A stretch of DNA of 64,000 nt from Gemmatimonadota bacterium (GTDB lineage Bacteria; Gemmatimonadota; Gemmatimonadetes; Palauibacterales; KS3-K002). The position numbers were made by a program, and so were the translations under genes. The notes under the pieces were generated by a model, which saw only the letters and a program-made list of their open reading frames with translations, had not been told where the DNA came from and made no database searches. Shown piece by piece: positions 34,997 to 45,900 of this stretch. The first letter of the stretch is position 1; every line of letters begins with the position of its first letter. The stretch is taken from assembly GCA_036475815.1 (NCBI GenBank), contig JAZGAL010000070.1, positions 11,470 to 75,469 on the forward strand, in the 5' to 3' direction.

Positions 34997-35808
34997 TGAT
35001 GGATTGCAAGGAAGTTCGGAAAGTACTCTGGCCCGCCGATGTGCTCCGAGTGAGCGACGACGAGGTGGAAGCGGCACTGCAGCATGCCGAGAATTGCTCG
35101 TCCTGCGAAAAGTTCCTCGAAGAGGATCGGCGCATGGCGCAGTTCGTCCGCGAATCGGTACCACGGGTGCACGCTCCCCGGGAGCTCAGGGAACGGCTCT
35201 ACACCGTGCTGGCGCGCGAGCGGGCCGGGGTCGCGCCTTCCCGCCAGGCCGGCCGTCGCAAGCATCGATTGCTGGCGGTATCCAGCCTGGCCGTGGCGGC
35301 CCTCGTCCTTGCCAGCGCCGGCCACTGGCTGATTGGACGCGGCCAGTCGGCGGCGGCGGCGACGGCTTTCGCGGAAGACTACCTGCGTCGCGTGGTGGAA
35401 CAGGAAGAGCTGAAGACGGCCGACCCCCAGCAGATCGCGTCCTTCTTCGCGCGCGAGCTCGGTGTTGCCATGCCGCCTCCGCAAATACCTGATTTCGAGG
35501 TGCAGCGAGCCACGATCTGCTTGATGAACGGGCGTCGCGGCGGCGTGGTGGAATACGAGGGCAAAGGCCGGCACCTCACCTACTATCTCCTTCCTTTGGG
35601 CGAGGGGGCCAAGACCGAGCCCGCCGGCTTGAAAGATTTTGAAGTCGGTGATGCGACATACGCGGCTCCTGCACTGGCCCGGGAGCAGGGCCTGGGCGTA
35701 GCGACCTGGTGGGATGGCAAGCACCAGCACGCTCTGGTCGGCGACCTTCCCTCGCAGGAGCTCAAGCGGCTCGCCCCGCTCTTCGCCTGCCCCGCATCGC
35801 GTCTCTAG
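34996..35808 (+). CDS. Anti-sigma factor, zf-HC2 type, single-pass membrane protein
   Basis: The start overlaps the sigma stop (TGATG). N-terminal MMDCKEV...H-x3-C-x2-C (HAENCSSC) zinc motif, then TM LLAVSSLAVAALVLASAGHWLI. Confidence 0.7.
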   Translation: MMDCKEVRKVLWPADVLRVSDDEVEAALQHAENCSSCEKFLEEDRRMAQFVRESVPRVHAPRELRERLYTVLARERAGVAPSRQAGRRKHRLLAVSSLAVAALVLASAGHWLIGRGQSAAAATAFAEDYLRRVVEQEELKTADPQQIASFFARELGVAMPPPQIPDFEVQRATICLMNGRRGGVVEYEGKGRHLTYYLLPLGEGAKTEPAGLKDFEVGDATYAAPALAREQGLGVATWWDGKHQHALVGDLPSQELKRLAPLFACPASRL

Positions 35809-35968
35809 CTTTCCCGGCTGTCGGCTCACTACTTTACCGCCCTCACAATCACCGTTCGGCTACTCGGAGGGCGGTTTGGGCAGCAAGGCGGGAGTCGCGA
35901 GGCGGTCGGCTGAGATCGCGTGACCGAATCCAGCCGCTGGTCCGGGCGGCTGGAGAAGGAGAGACATC

Positions 35969-37501
35969 ATGATGGCCGGGCGCGCGTTCCCCATGTTGGC
36001 CGGCGGCCTGCTGTTGCTGGGTGCCGGCGCGGCTCCGGGACAGTCGCCGGCCGGCCGGGCTGTTCGGGACTATCGGGCATCGCACGAGGCGGAGATCGTC
36101 ACGCAACTCGTCGATTTTCTCGCGTTGCCCAACGTGGCGGCCGATATACCCGACATGCAACGGAACGCGCGGGCGCTTGCCGAGATGATGGAAGCGCGTG
36201 GCATAGAGGCGCGGCTTCTGGAGACGGCGGGCCCTCCTTACGTGTTCGGCGAGTTGCCGGTGCAGGGCGCTACTCGCACTGTTCTGTTCTACGCTCATTA
36301 TGACGGCCAGCCGGTGGACCCGAGCCGCTGGGTCGGCCATCACCCTTTCGAACCGATCCTGAGGGATCGGGCGCTGGAGGCGGGCGGCAGGGTCATCGGT
36401 TTCCCGAACGACGGGAAGTTCGACCCGGAGTGGCGCATCTATGCCCGCTCCGCGTCCGATGACAAGTCGCCGATCATCGCCCTGATGGTGGCGCTCGACG
36501 CGTTGCGGGCCTCGGGCATCGAGCCCAGCGCGAACCTCAAGTTCATCTTCGAGGGTGACGAAGAGGCCGGGTCGCCGAATCTCGGGAGCCTGGTCCTCGA
36601 GCACGGCGATCTGCTCGCTGCCGACCTGGTGGTGGCCGCGGACGGCCCCAGCGATCCCTCCGGCTTGCCCACTCTGTACTTCGGTGCCCGCGGCATCGTC
36701 AGCGTCGAGATCACCGTTTTCGGCCCGCTGCGGCCGCTGCACAGCGGTCACTACGGCAACTGGGCGCCGAACCCGGCCATGCGCCTGGCCCAACTCCTGG
36801 CCACGATGAAGGATCCGGAGAGCGGAAGGGTGCTGGTCGAGGGGTTCTACGATGATGTGGTGCCGTTGAGCGAGTTCGAGCTCGCCGCGATCGCCGAGGC
36901 TCCGAACGATGACGTCGAGCAGTTGTACGCCTTTGCCATCGCGGAACCCGAAGCCGAGGGGAGCCGGCTGGAGCTGATCAACCTGCCGTCGCTCAACGTA
37001 CGGGGACTTCGCAGTGCCTGGGTGGGCGCGGAGGCGCGTACGATAGTCCCCGATGTGGCGATCGCCGATATCGACATGCGGCTGGTCAAGGATGTCGATC
37101 CGAGGGAGCAAGTCGAGAGGTTGCTGACCCACATCGAGAAGGAGGGCTATCACATCCTGCGGGACGAACCGGACGTCGAAACACGCCGCCGTTATCCGAG
37201 ATTGGCAATGGTGCGAATCTCGGATGGGTATCCCGCGTTCCGCACCTCCATGGACCTGCCGGTCGCCCGTGTCCTCATCGAGGCCATCGAGTACAACACC
37301 GGGCAGGCGACGGTGAAGCTGCCGACGCTGGGTGGCAGCGTGCCTCTCTACCAGTTCACCGATGTGCTTGGCGTGCCCACTGTGGGTGTACCGATAGTGA
37401 ACCACGACAACAACCAGCACAGCCCGAACGAGAATCTGAGGCTGGGCAATCTCTGGTCCGGCATCGAGGTCCTCGCAGCGGCGATGCTGATACAACAGTA
37501 G
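35969..37501 (+). CDS. Secreted M20-family dipeptidase (CNDP/PepV-like)
   Basis: Signal peptide, LFYAHYDGQPVD, ARSASDDKSPI and FEGDEEAGSP metal-ligand motifs. Confidence 0.85.
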   Translation: MMAGRAFPMLAGGLLLLGAGAAPGQSPAGRAVRDYRASHEAEIVTQLVDFLALPNVAADIPDMQRNARALAEMMEARGIEARLLETAGPPYVFGELPVQGATRTVLFYAHYDGQPVDPSRWVGHHPFEPILRDRALEAGGRVIGFPNDGKFDPEWRIYARSASDDKSPIIALMVALDALRASGIEPSANLKFIFEGDEEAGSPNLGSLVLEHGDLLAADLVVAADGPSDPSGLPTLYFGARGIVSVEITVFGPLRPLHSGHYGNWAPNPAMRLAQLLATMKDPESGRVLVEGFYDDVVPLSEFELAAIAEAPNDDVEQLYAFAIAEPEAEGSRLELINLPSLNVRGLRSAWVGAEARTIVPDVAIADIDMRLVKDVDPREQVERLLTHIEKEGYHILRDEPDVETRRRYPRLAMVRISDGYPAFRTSMDLPVARVLIEAIEYNTGQATVKLPTLGGSVPLYQFTDVLGVPTVGVPIVNHDNNQHSPNENLRLGNLWSGIEVLAAAMLIQQ

Positions 37502-37518
37502 GTGGTGGAGACCGAATC

Positions 37519-38724
37519 ATGGCTGACCTGGAGTTGATTCACGGACTGCTGACGCCGGCCGATTCCAAGATCCTGTTGCTGGTCCTCGATGGCCTGGGCG
37601 GTCTGCCGATCGAGCCCGGCGGCCTCACGGAACTGGAAGCCGCATCGACGCCCAACATGGACCGGCTGGCAGCCGAAGGCATCGTCGGGCTGCACCAACC
37701 TGTTGGCCCGGGCATCACGCCAGGCAGCGGGCCCGGACACATCGGCCTCTTCGGCTACAACGCGATTCGCTACCAGATCGGCCGCGGCGTGTTGGAGGCG
37801 CTCGGAATCGGGTTCGACCTGCAGGCCGACGATCTCGCGGCGCGCGGCAACTTCTGCACGATTGATTCCGACGGGAATATCACCGATAGGCGGGCCGGTC
37901 GGATATCGACGGAACGGTGCCGGGAGCTGTGCGGTGAGCTGCAGCAGATCCGGGTACCGGGAGTGCAGATCTTCGTCGAGCCGGTTCGCGAGCATCGGTT
38001 CCTTCTGGTCCTGCGCGGTGACGGACTGGTGGGGGGCATAGCGGATACCGATCCGGGCCACGTGGGCAGCCCGCCGCTGCCGGTCAGAGCCGAGAGAATC
38101 GAGGCGGAGGCGATGGCTAAAGTGGTGCGCCGCTTTGTGGACGAGGCGCAGCGGAGACTGGCGGGTCGTGAGCCCGCGAACATGGTGCTCTTGCGCGGCT
38201 TTGCCCGGTTACCCGACTGGCCCAGGTTTCCGGAGACGTTTGGCCTGCGCTCGATCGCGGTGGCCCAGTATCCGATGTATCGTGGCGTGGCGAAGCTGGT
38301 GGGGATGGACACGGAAGAGGTGGGCCCGTCGCGAGACGATCTCTTCGCCGCTCTCCAGCGCGTCTGGCCCGGCTACGACTTCGCCTTCGTGCACGTGAAG
38401 GAGACGGACAAGGCCGGCGAAGATGGCGACTTCGACCAGAAGGTGAGCGTGATAGAGGAGATAGACGGGTACATCCCCGCAATCCTCGACCTGCAGCCCG
38501 ACGTCATCCTGGTGACCGGCGATCACTCGACCCCTGCGGTTCTTCGCAGCCATAGCTGGCACCCGGTACCCTTCTTGCTCTGGTCGCGGACCTGTCGAAG
38601 CGACGAGATGAAGCACTTTGGAGAGCGGTGGTGCCTGCGGGGCGGTGGAGGGATGCGCCGCTCGGAGGATCTGATGCCGCTGGCGCTGGCAAACGCCCGC
38701 CGGCTGGGGAAGTTCGGGGCATGA
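37519..38724 (+). CDS. apgM: Cofactor-independent phosphoglycerate mutase, archaeal ApgM type
   Basis: LLLVLDGLGG, ASTPNMDRLA, FVHVKETDKAGEDGD and TGDHSTP motifs; ~400 aa. Confidence 0.85.
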   Translation: MADLELIHGLLTPADSKILLLVLDGLGGLPIEPGGLTELEAASTPNMDRLAAEGIVGLHQPVGPGITPGSGPGHIGLFGYNAIRYQIGRGVLEALGIGFDLQADDLAARGNFCTIDSDGNITDRRAGRISTERCRELCGELQQIRVPGVQIFVEPVREHRFLLVLRGDGLVGGIADTDPGHVGSPPLPVRAERIEAEAMAKVVRRFVDEAQRRLAGREPANMVLLRGFARLPDWPRFPETFGLRSIAVAQYPMYRGVAKLVGMDTEEVGPSRDDLFAALQRVWPGYDFAFVHVKETDKAGEDGDFDQKVSVIEEIDGYIPAILDLQPDVILVTGDHSTPAVLRSHSWHPVPFLLWSRTCRSDEMKHFGERWCLRGGGGMRRSEDLMPLALANARRLGKFGA

Positions 38725-38734
38725 AGGGGAATCG

Positions 38735-39454
38735 ATGACCTGGGATACGGTCAGCTTCGATTGCTACGGTACGCTGGTCGATTGGGAAAGCGGCATCGCG
38801 CGGGCGTTCGAGGAAGCGGCGGCGCGTGACGGGATCGGGTTGGTCCGCGACGAGATCATTGCGGCCTATCACCAGGTGGAGCCCAAGGTAGAGGCCGGTG
38901 CGTACCGGCCGTACCGCGAAGTGTTGAACGAAACGGCGCTTCGGGTGGCCGAGAGGCTGGGGTGGCCGCTGACTCCCCGAAAGGCGGGCTTCCTGGCGGA
39001 ATCGCTGCCCGACTGGCCGGTGTTCGAGGACACGCGTCCCGCGCTCGAACGCTTGAAGTCGCGGTTCCGGATAGCGATCCTCTCCAACGTCGATGACGAC
39101 CTGTTGAGCGAGACCATCGAGCGGATCTCCGTCGAGTTCGACTGGACGGTCACCGCGCAGCAGACCCGGAGCTACAAGCCGGCGCACGGGCATTTCCGGG
39201 AAGCCATCCGCCGTGTAGAAGGGAATCGCGAGCGTTTGCTGCATGCGGCGCGGAGCTGGTTTCACGATATGCGTCCGGCCACGGAACTGGGACTCTCCGC
39301 CGTCTGGGTGAATCGCAGGGGCGACCCCGCGGGCGATGACGCGCGGCCAGTCCATGTGGTCGCGGATCTGTCGGAGTTGGCCGACTGGCTGGAAGAACAC
39401 CGAACACCGAACACGAGCTCAACGAAGTATTCAATCACAGAAGAGGAGTCATGA
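38735..39454 (+). CDS. HAD-superfamily hydrolase, haloacid dehalogenase type II-like
   Basis: VSFDCYGTLVDWESG (DxYGT motif I), ILSNVD and SYKP motifs. Confidence 0.8.
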   Translation: MTWDTVSFDCYGTLVDWESGIARAFEEAAARDGIGLVRDEIIAAYHQVEPKVEAGAYRPYREVLNETALRVAERLGWPLTPRKAGFLAESLPDWPVFEDTRPALERLKSRFRIAILSNVDDDLLSETIERISVEFDWTVTAQQTRSYKPAHGHFREAIRRVEGNRERLLHAARSWFHDMRPATELGLSAVWVNRRGDPAGDDARPVHVVADLSELADWLEEHRTPNTSSTKYSITEEES

Positions 39455-40794
39455 CAGGAAACAATCGACCCAAACGCATCCTCATCCTCGGCGCTGCGGG
39501 GCGCGACTTCCACGATTTCAACACCTACTTTCGGGGAAACCCGGACTACCGGGTGGTTGCCTTCACGGCGACTCAGATTCCGAACATAGACGACCGGGTC
39601 TACCCTGGCGGTGTTGCCGGTCAAGATTATCCCGATGGCATCCCGATCCTCCCTGAGGAGGAGCTCGAGTCTGTTGTCGCGCGTGAGAAGATCGACTTCT
39701 GCGTCTTCTCCTACTCCGATATATCACATGAGTACGTGATGCATATGGCGAGCCGCTGCCTGGCCACCGGCGCCGGCTTCATGCTGCTTGGCCCGCAGCA
39801 GACCATGGTTGATTCTACCCGGCCGGTGATCGCTGTATGCGCAGTGCGCACGGGGTCCGGCAAGAGCCAGACGACGCGTTACGTTGTGGAGCGCCTGCGC
39901 GAGTTCGGCCGCAAGCCGGTGGTGGTCCGCCATCCCATGCCGTACGGCGACCTGACCAAACAGCGCGTGCAGCGGTTCGAGACCTATGAGGATCTCGACC
40001 GTCACGAGGTGACGATCGAGGAACGGGAGGAGTACGAGCCTCACATCAAGCGTAACACCATCGTCTATGCCGGCGTCGACTACGAGGAGATTCTTCGCCA
40101 GGCAGAGAAGGACGGTGATGTGGTTTTGTGGGATGGCGGAAATAACGACCTCCCCTTCTACCGGCCGGACCTACATATCGTTGTAGCCGACCCGCACCGT
40201 CCCGGTCATGGACTTCTGTATCACCCGGGCGAGGCGAATCTCCGCATGGCCAACGCCGTGATCATCAACAAGGTCGACTCCGCGCGACCGGAGGACGTGG
40301 AGACCGTGCGCGAGAACGTGGCAGCCCTGAACCCGGCGGCTCAGATCTTCCTCGCCCGCTCACCGCTCACAGTCGACCACCCGGAGATGTTGAAGGGCAA
40401 GCGTGTCCTGGCTGTGGAGGACGGCCCGAGCCTGACCCATGGCGAGCTGCGGCTCGGCGCGGCGAGCCTGGCGGCGCGGGAGCACGGGGCGGCGGCGCTG
40501 GTGGATCCCCGGCCGTTCGCCGTCGGCTCGATCATCGACACGTTCGAGAAGTACTCGGAGACGGGTCCGGTGCTGCCTGCGATGGGCTACGGAGAGGAGC
40601 AGATCGAGGAGCTATCCGAAACAATACGCAATTCCGACGCTGAAGTCGTCGCCATTGGCACACCGATCGACCTGACCGCGCTGATCGAGATCGAGCAACC
40701 GGTCGTCCGGGTCACTTACAACCTGGAGCTCGATGAACCGGGTGCCTTGGACGACATGCTGCGAGCAGCGCTCGAGCGTGGCGGAAGCGAGTGA
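39451..40794 (+). CDS. COG2403-type predicted P-loop GTPase (family sometimes annotated as cyclic 2,3-diphosphoglycerate synthetase-like)
   Basis: ILILGAAGRDFHDFN N-terminus, Walker A RTGSGKSQTT and G4 motif INKVD. ATGA overlap with the HAD gene. Confidence 0.7.
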   Translation: MTGNNRPKRILILGAAGRDFHDFNTYFRGNPDYRVVAFTATQIPNIDDRVYPGGVAGQDYPDGIPILPEEELESVVAREKIDFCVFSYSDISHEYVMHMASRCLATGAGFMLLGPQQTMVDSTRPVIAVCAVRTGSGKSQTTRYVVERLREFGRKPVVVRHPMPYGDLTKQRVQRFETYEDLDRHEVTIEEREEYEPHIKRNTIVYAGVDYEEILRQAEKDGDVVLWDGGNNDLPFYRPDLHIVVADPHRPGHGLLYHPGEANLRMANAVIINKVDSARPEDVETVRENVAALNPAAQIFLARSPLTVDHPEMLKGKRVLAVEDGPSLTHGELRLGAASLAAREHGAAALVDPRPFAVGSIIDTFEKYSETGPVLPAMGYGEEQIEELSETIRNSDAEVVAIGTPIDLTALIEIEQPVVRVTYNLELDEPGALDDMLRAALERGGSE

Positions 40795-40824
40795 AGCGGG
40801 GTTCCGATAGCCCGCGCGGCTGAA

Positions 40825-41988
40825 GTGTCGAGTCGCGGAGGGCTCAGGCCCAGCCGGCGGGCGGCGGAGATCCATGCCCGCGCGATCGTCGTGGACGGCC
40901 ACAACGATCTGCCGTGGCGGCTTCGTACGGAGTTCGCCTCGAGCTTCGCTGAATTCGATCTCGGTTCGCGCCACGAGGATGGGCACACGGACATTCCCCG
41001 GCTGCGCGAGGGTGGGGTTGGCGCCCAGTTCTTCGCGGCCTATGTGCCGTCCGAGTACGAGGGGCACGGTGCGGCGCGAATCGCCCTCGAGCAGGTCGAT
41101 TTGATCAAGCGGATGGCGATCCGCTACCCCGATCTGGAGATGGCCTGCTCAACGGGCGATGTGCAGCGGATCGCCCGCTCCGGCAAGATCGCTGTGCTGA
41201 TCGCGATCGAAGGTGGCCACGCGATCGAGAACTCGCTGGGCGTTCTCCGGATGTTCTACGAGCTTGGCGCCCGCTACATGACGCTGACCCACGCATCGAG
41301 CACGGACTGGGCCGATGCCGCAACGGACGAGGCCAGACATGGCGGCCTGACCGAGTTCGGTGAGGAGGTAGTGCGCGAGATGAACCGGCTGGGCATGCTG
41401 GTGGATATCTCGCACGTGTCGGTCGAGACGATGGAGGATGTGCTTCGCGTCAGCGAAGCTCCAGTCATCGCCTCGCACAGCGGTGCGCGTGCCATAAACA
41501 ATCACTCACGCAACGTGCCCGACGCTATCCTCAGCCGGATGGCCGAACAGGGTGGGGTAGTGATGCCGAATTTCTACTCGGGCTTCGTGGTCCCCGAGGC
41601 CGCTGATATGGCTCGCGACATGTTCGACGTGCTTCGCGCGTTGCGGGTCGAGTACGGGGACGATGAAGATGCCGTCGATGAAGCCTGGCGCGAATGGGCG
41701 GCGGAGCATCCGATCCCGCGTGGCACGGTCAGCGATGTCGTGAACCATATCGATCGCATCGTGGAGGTGGCGGGCCTCGACCATGTGGGCCTGGGCTCCG
41801 ACTTCGATGGCATAACTGTCACCCCGGTCGGATTGGAGGACGTCTCGACGTTCCCCGCAATCACCGAGGAGCTGCTCCGCCGTGGCTACACCGAGGATGG
41901 GATAACAAAAATCCTTGGCGGCAACGTCCTGCGTGCGCTTGCCGGGGCGGAGGACGTGGCGCGGCAGTCAGGATCCGTCGCGCCCTGA
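40825..41988 (+). CDS. Membrane (renal-type) dipeptidase, peptidase family M19
   Basis: IVVDGHNDLPWRLR, IEGGHAIENS, MTLTHASSTDWAD, DISHVS and GLGSDFDG motifs. Confidence 0.9.
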   Translation: MSSRGGLRPSRRAAEIHARAIVVDGHNDLPWRLRTEFASSFAEFDLGSRHEDGHTDIPRLREGGVGAQFFAAYVPSEYEGHGAARIALEQVDLIKRMAIRYPDLEMACSTGDVQRIARSGKIAVLIAIEGGHAIENSLGVLRMFYELGARYMTLTHASSTDWADAATDEARHGGLTEFGEEVVREMNRLGMLVDISHVSVETMEDVLRVSEAPVIASHSGARAINNHSRNVPDAILSRMAEQGGVVMPNFYSGFVVPEAADMARDMFDVLRALRVEYGDDEDAVDEAWREWAAEHPIPRGTVSDVVNHIDRIVEVAGLDHVGLGSDFDGITVTPVGLEDVSTFPAITEELLRRGYTEDGITKILGGNVLRALAGAEDVARQSGSVAP

Positions 41989-42015
41989 TTCGACCAGCTC
42001 ATCGGGTCGCTGCAG

Positions 42016-42618
42016 TCAGGAACGAGCGCCGCCGCCGCGCTCTAAGATCGTCAGGAACTCGTCGATGGTGTGACGGCCGCGATCCTGGCGGTACCATTTC
42101 TGGATCGGCTTGTACACTTCCTCAGTCTTGTCCGTCAGACGTCCCGCCTTGAACTCCATGATCTTCTCCCGGAACATCGCTTGGGCCGGGCCGGGCCGCG
42201 GACCCCACCAGCCCAGCTCGTTCATCTCCTCGTCGAACACGATCGCCACCGGGATCGAACGACCGCCGTGGCTCAAGTGCCGGTCCATTATGTCGAGGTT
42301 GTCATCCCGCTTGAAGACACGCAGTTCAACCTGTCGCGGCACCGCATCCGCCACCTTCGCAAGCACTGGAACCAGCGATGCGGCGTCACCGCACCAATCT
42401 TCGGCCAGCACGATCACGTGACGGCGTGCCGGTAGATTCTCCAGGCGGTGCAGGGCGTCCCCGGGCACATGGAGATGATCGTAGATGCCGTTCCACAGGC
42501 CCTGATGCTTCTGGGCCAGCTTGCGAAAGTCGTCGTAGGTGTACCCGCTTTCGAATCGTTCCTGTGTCATCGCCTGCATCGGTCTCGACTCGGCTGGAAC
42601 TCTTGTATGATGTCGCAC
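42016..42618 (-). CDS. Thioredoxin-fold family protein (atypical WCGD motif)
   Basis: 200 aa. HVIVLAEDWCGDAASLVPVLAKV resembles thioredoxin-like proteins in which the second Cys is replaced. Confidence 0.7.
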   Translation of the reverse strand: MRHHTRVPAESRPMQAMTQERFESGYTYDDFRKLAQKHQGLWNGIYDHLHVPGDALHRLENLPARRHVIVLAEDWCGDAASLVPVLAKVADAVPRQVELRVFKRDDNLDIMDRHLSHGGRSIPVAIVFDEEMNELGWWGPRPGPAQAMFREKIMEFKAGRLTDKTEEVYKPIQKWYRQDRGRHTIDEFLTILERGGGARS

Positions 42619-42940
42619 CGGGCGTACCGGTCGCCCTGCTACTGCGTACCTGCTTTGCCTGTCTATGGGATTCCGGCGCCCGGCTGGGGCCTACGGAACT
42701 GTCGCGCCGATTGCTGGTAAGAACGCCAGGGCAGCCCTGGAAGTCAACGGCCGGATCTGCTCGCCGTTCGAGGAGCTGCGATACGCGAAGGGGGCTTCGG
42801 AAGGCCGGTGGCCGCGCTACGCAGAGGGGGTCTCTGTGTGGCGCGATCGCGAGGAATTGCTTATACTTAGACCACCATGGGCCCCCGCGAGGGGCGTCCT
42901 ACCCCCCTGGTCCCAGACTATCCCCAACACGTAGTGTACA

Positions 42941-45900
42941 ATGGAGGCGATGAGTAACCCGAGGCGAGAATCCGGCGAGCGCCACGGAGTCGATGCTGTT
43001 CATGGCGCGAGCGGCGGCACGGCAACCGAGCTCTATACGCTTGGGCGTGTACGACTGGTGGAGCATGGCTCCGACCAGACTTCCAAGCTGGGACCGAAGC
43101 ACCTTGCCCTGCTCGTATACCTCTTCCACGAACAACGCCCGCTGCACCCCAGCGAAGTCACCGAACTCCTCGGCCGCGGTCAGGAAGAAGAGAAGGAGAT
43201 CACAGCGCTCAAGCGTGTTGTCGCTTGGCTGGGCGATAATGTGCCGGGGGTTAGCATTCGCATGACGTCCGACACGATTGAAGCGGTCAGCGGCATATGG
43301 GTCGACTCGAAGGACGTCGACGCGGCCATCGATCAGGGCGATCCCGGCCCGGTCGAGACTCTGTATGTGGGCGAGTTTCTGGAAGGTTTCGAGTCCGCCG
43401 CGCCGGCCTTCGATGAATGGGCGAAGAGGGAGAGAGGGCGAATCAAACGGGCCTGGAGTCACGCGATGATCTCCGCCGCGCATCGCTTTGAGCGGGAGGG
43501 AGACTGGGAGACCGCAGCGAGGTGGTGGCGGATGCTGGTGACTCGGGCACCGATGCGCGCCGAGGCCGTCGCCAGCCTCCTCGGTGCCTACGCGCGGGGT
43601 GGGCAAGTGGGGAAGGCGGCCCAAGCCTACTCGGATTATGCGGCCCGGCTTACCGAGAGCGGGATCACGCAGCCGGCCGCTGCGGTCAAGCAGATCCTGG
43701 CCGAGCACCCGGCGCTGCAGGAAGCCACCGGGGTACAAATCGAGGCCCCCGCCGAGCCTGCGGTGGAGCCCCTCCAGCCGGAATCGGAATCGCCGGCATC
43801 TACACAGGCCGAGGCGGCTAAAGAGCCTGCGGTGTCTGCGGGGACAGCACACGACGCCCCGACCTTCGAATCCATCTCCGAGACGCTCGAGGCGGAGCTG
43901 GAGCCTGAGTTCGCCGGCGAGCCGGAAGTCCTGGAGGTCGTTGAGGGGCTAGATGACGTGCCGGTGGTGGAAGCGCAAGCTGAACCGACGGTGGAGGAAC
44001 CTGTAGCGGGCTGGCCCGAGGAAGAGTTTTTGGAGGAGGAAGCGGCCTCCGCGGACGAGGTTGAAGTAGCCGCCGAAGCCTCGAGTGCGACCACGGAGCC
44101 CGAGATCGTGCCGGAGGACTTCGAGGTCGAGCAGACTCACTACGACGCGGATGCCGCGTTCGTGGACACGCAGCCCAGACCACGAAGCGATGAAGCCACC
44201 TTCACGCCGAGTGGACCGGGCCCCGCCACTCATCCCTCGTCGGTCGCTGGTAGCATGGGTAGCGCCTTTGTCAGCGTGGCGACGGCTATTGGCCGGGTGG
44301 GCGTAGCCATCGGTTCCGATGTATCGTCGGCCTTCGGGTCGGTGGTTGGACTGGGCCGGAGATTCGAACGAGCGCGCCCCGGCGTGAAGGTGCCACCGCT
44401 TCTGCGTCGGTTCTGGTACGTGCCCGTGGCCCTGGGAGCGGCCGTGCTCGCCTTTGCGCTGGTTCCCGGGTTCCTCGGAACGGTCGGCGAGCTCACGGAA
44501 GAACTGCCCGAAGTCAGCGCGCCTTCGCTACCCAGGGTCGTCACCATACCCAAGGTCAGTGTTAAGACCCCTTCGTTCGTGGAGATTTCCGTCTCCAAGA
44601 TCGGCGAGATGCTCTCGGGCCCGATTCTGAAGGAGAGCGGTCAATGGATTCTCGTTGCCGACTTCGAGGCCGATGAGCCCCCCGGATCCGATGTTCCATC
44701 GGAGGAGGGTGCACTGCCCGGCGAAGAGGAGGCCGCGATCGATGATGCGGTGGAGCCGGGCGGGGCGCTTGAAGAGCCGGGCGCGTTGCCCCAGGTGGCG
44801 GTGGCAGTGCCTTCGGACGAAAGTGCTCCAGAGGTCGCCGGCAGTGTATCGGCTGAGCTTGAAGATGCGACGCTCGAGGACCAGGGCGATGCGGTCGGGG
44901 CGGACACGGGAGAGACGGGACAGGAAAGCAAGTCGCCGGCCGAGGGAGACGCGGCGCCGGGTGTGACGGCAGCCGTGCCACAGGATACGACTGAGCCCGT
45001 CAAGCAAGGCACCGACTCCGCCCGGGTGGTGGGTCTGTCGCAAGAGGCCGGAATCGAGCCCCCCGGTGAAGACGCCGAACCTGCACAGGAAGTCCCGCCG
45101 CTGCCTGCTGAAGTTGTCGCACCAGCGGCCGAGGGCACTTCGCCGGTGTGGTCGAGCGACGGGCCGGCGGCGGATTTATCGTTCGACGCTCTGGCGCTTG
45201 CATTGGAAGCGGATCTGGCCCAATCCGACTTTTTCTATGTCGTTCCCCGCGAGCGAGCGTGGGTCGCGCGGGCGAGCCGCACGGGCCGCGATTCGGAGGG
45301 TCTCCCGCTGGAGGACGCCCTGATACTCGCCGCCTCCGAGGGTTACGCCGCAGTGATCAGTGGCCGTGTTAGCCGCTCAGCGGGTGTGGACAGCCTCAAG
45401 CTGCTGGTGCTGAACTCCGCAGGGGATACGCTGTATGGGGTGGCCGCCGAGGTGCCGGATTCGGTCAACGGCATCGAGACCCTGACGGACTTGGCGCACG
45501 CCGTCCGCCGCCGACTGGGCGAGCCGAAAGAGGCCCTCGAGGCAAGCCGGACCCCAATTCAATTCCTGTCGAGCTCGCCCGAAGCCTTGAACGCATACGC
45601 CGAAGCCAAGAGGCATCTTTACGCGGGTCGATACCCGCAAGCGGTGAGCGCAGCGCGCGAAGCCACGAGCCTGGATTCGACCTTCGCTTCAGCCTATCTC
45701 GCCCTCGCCGCTGCCTACGCCCAGGGGGGCGTGCGCGCAGCGGGCAGATCGGCGCTCGAGATGGCTTGGCAGCTGAGCGATCGGACCACCGAACGGGAGC
45801 GCACGCGGATCTACGCCGATCGGCTCGCATGGGACGGCCAGTTCTCCGACGCCATCGTGGCTTATGACGAGCTCTTCCAGCGCTACCGGGATGATGTAGC

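Noticed and set aside
35830-35885. Terminator-like inverted repeat ACCGCCCTC...GAGGGCGGT after the anti-sigma gene
   Set aside because: The loop is ~22 nt and there is no U-tract (TTGGG only), so it is not convincing as an intrinsic terminator.
35849-37495. 548-aa minus-strand ORF
   Set aside because: It is antisense to the M20 dipeptidase, which has clear metal-ligand motifs. The sequence is Arg-rich junk-like.
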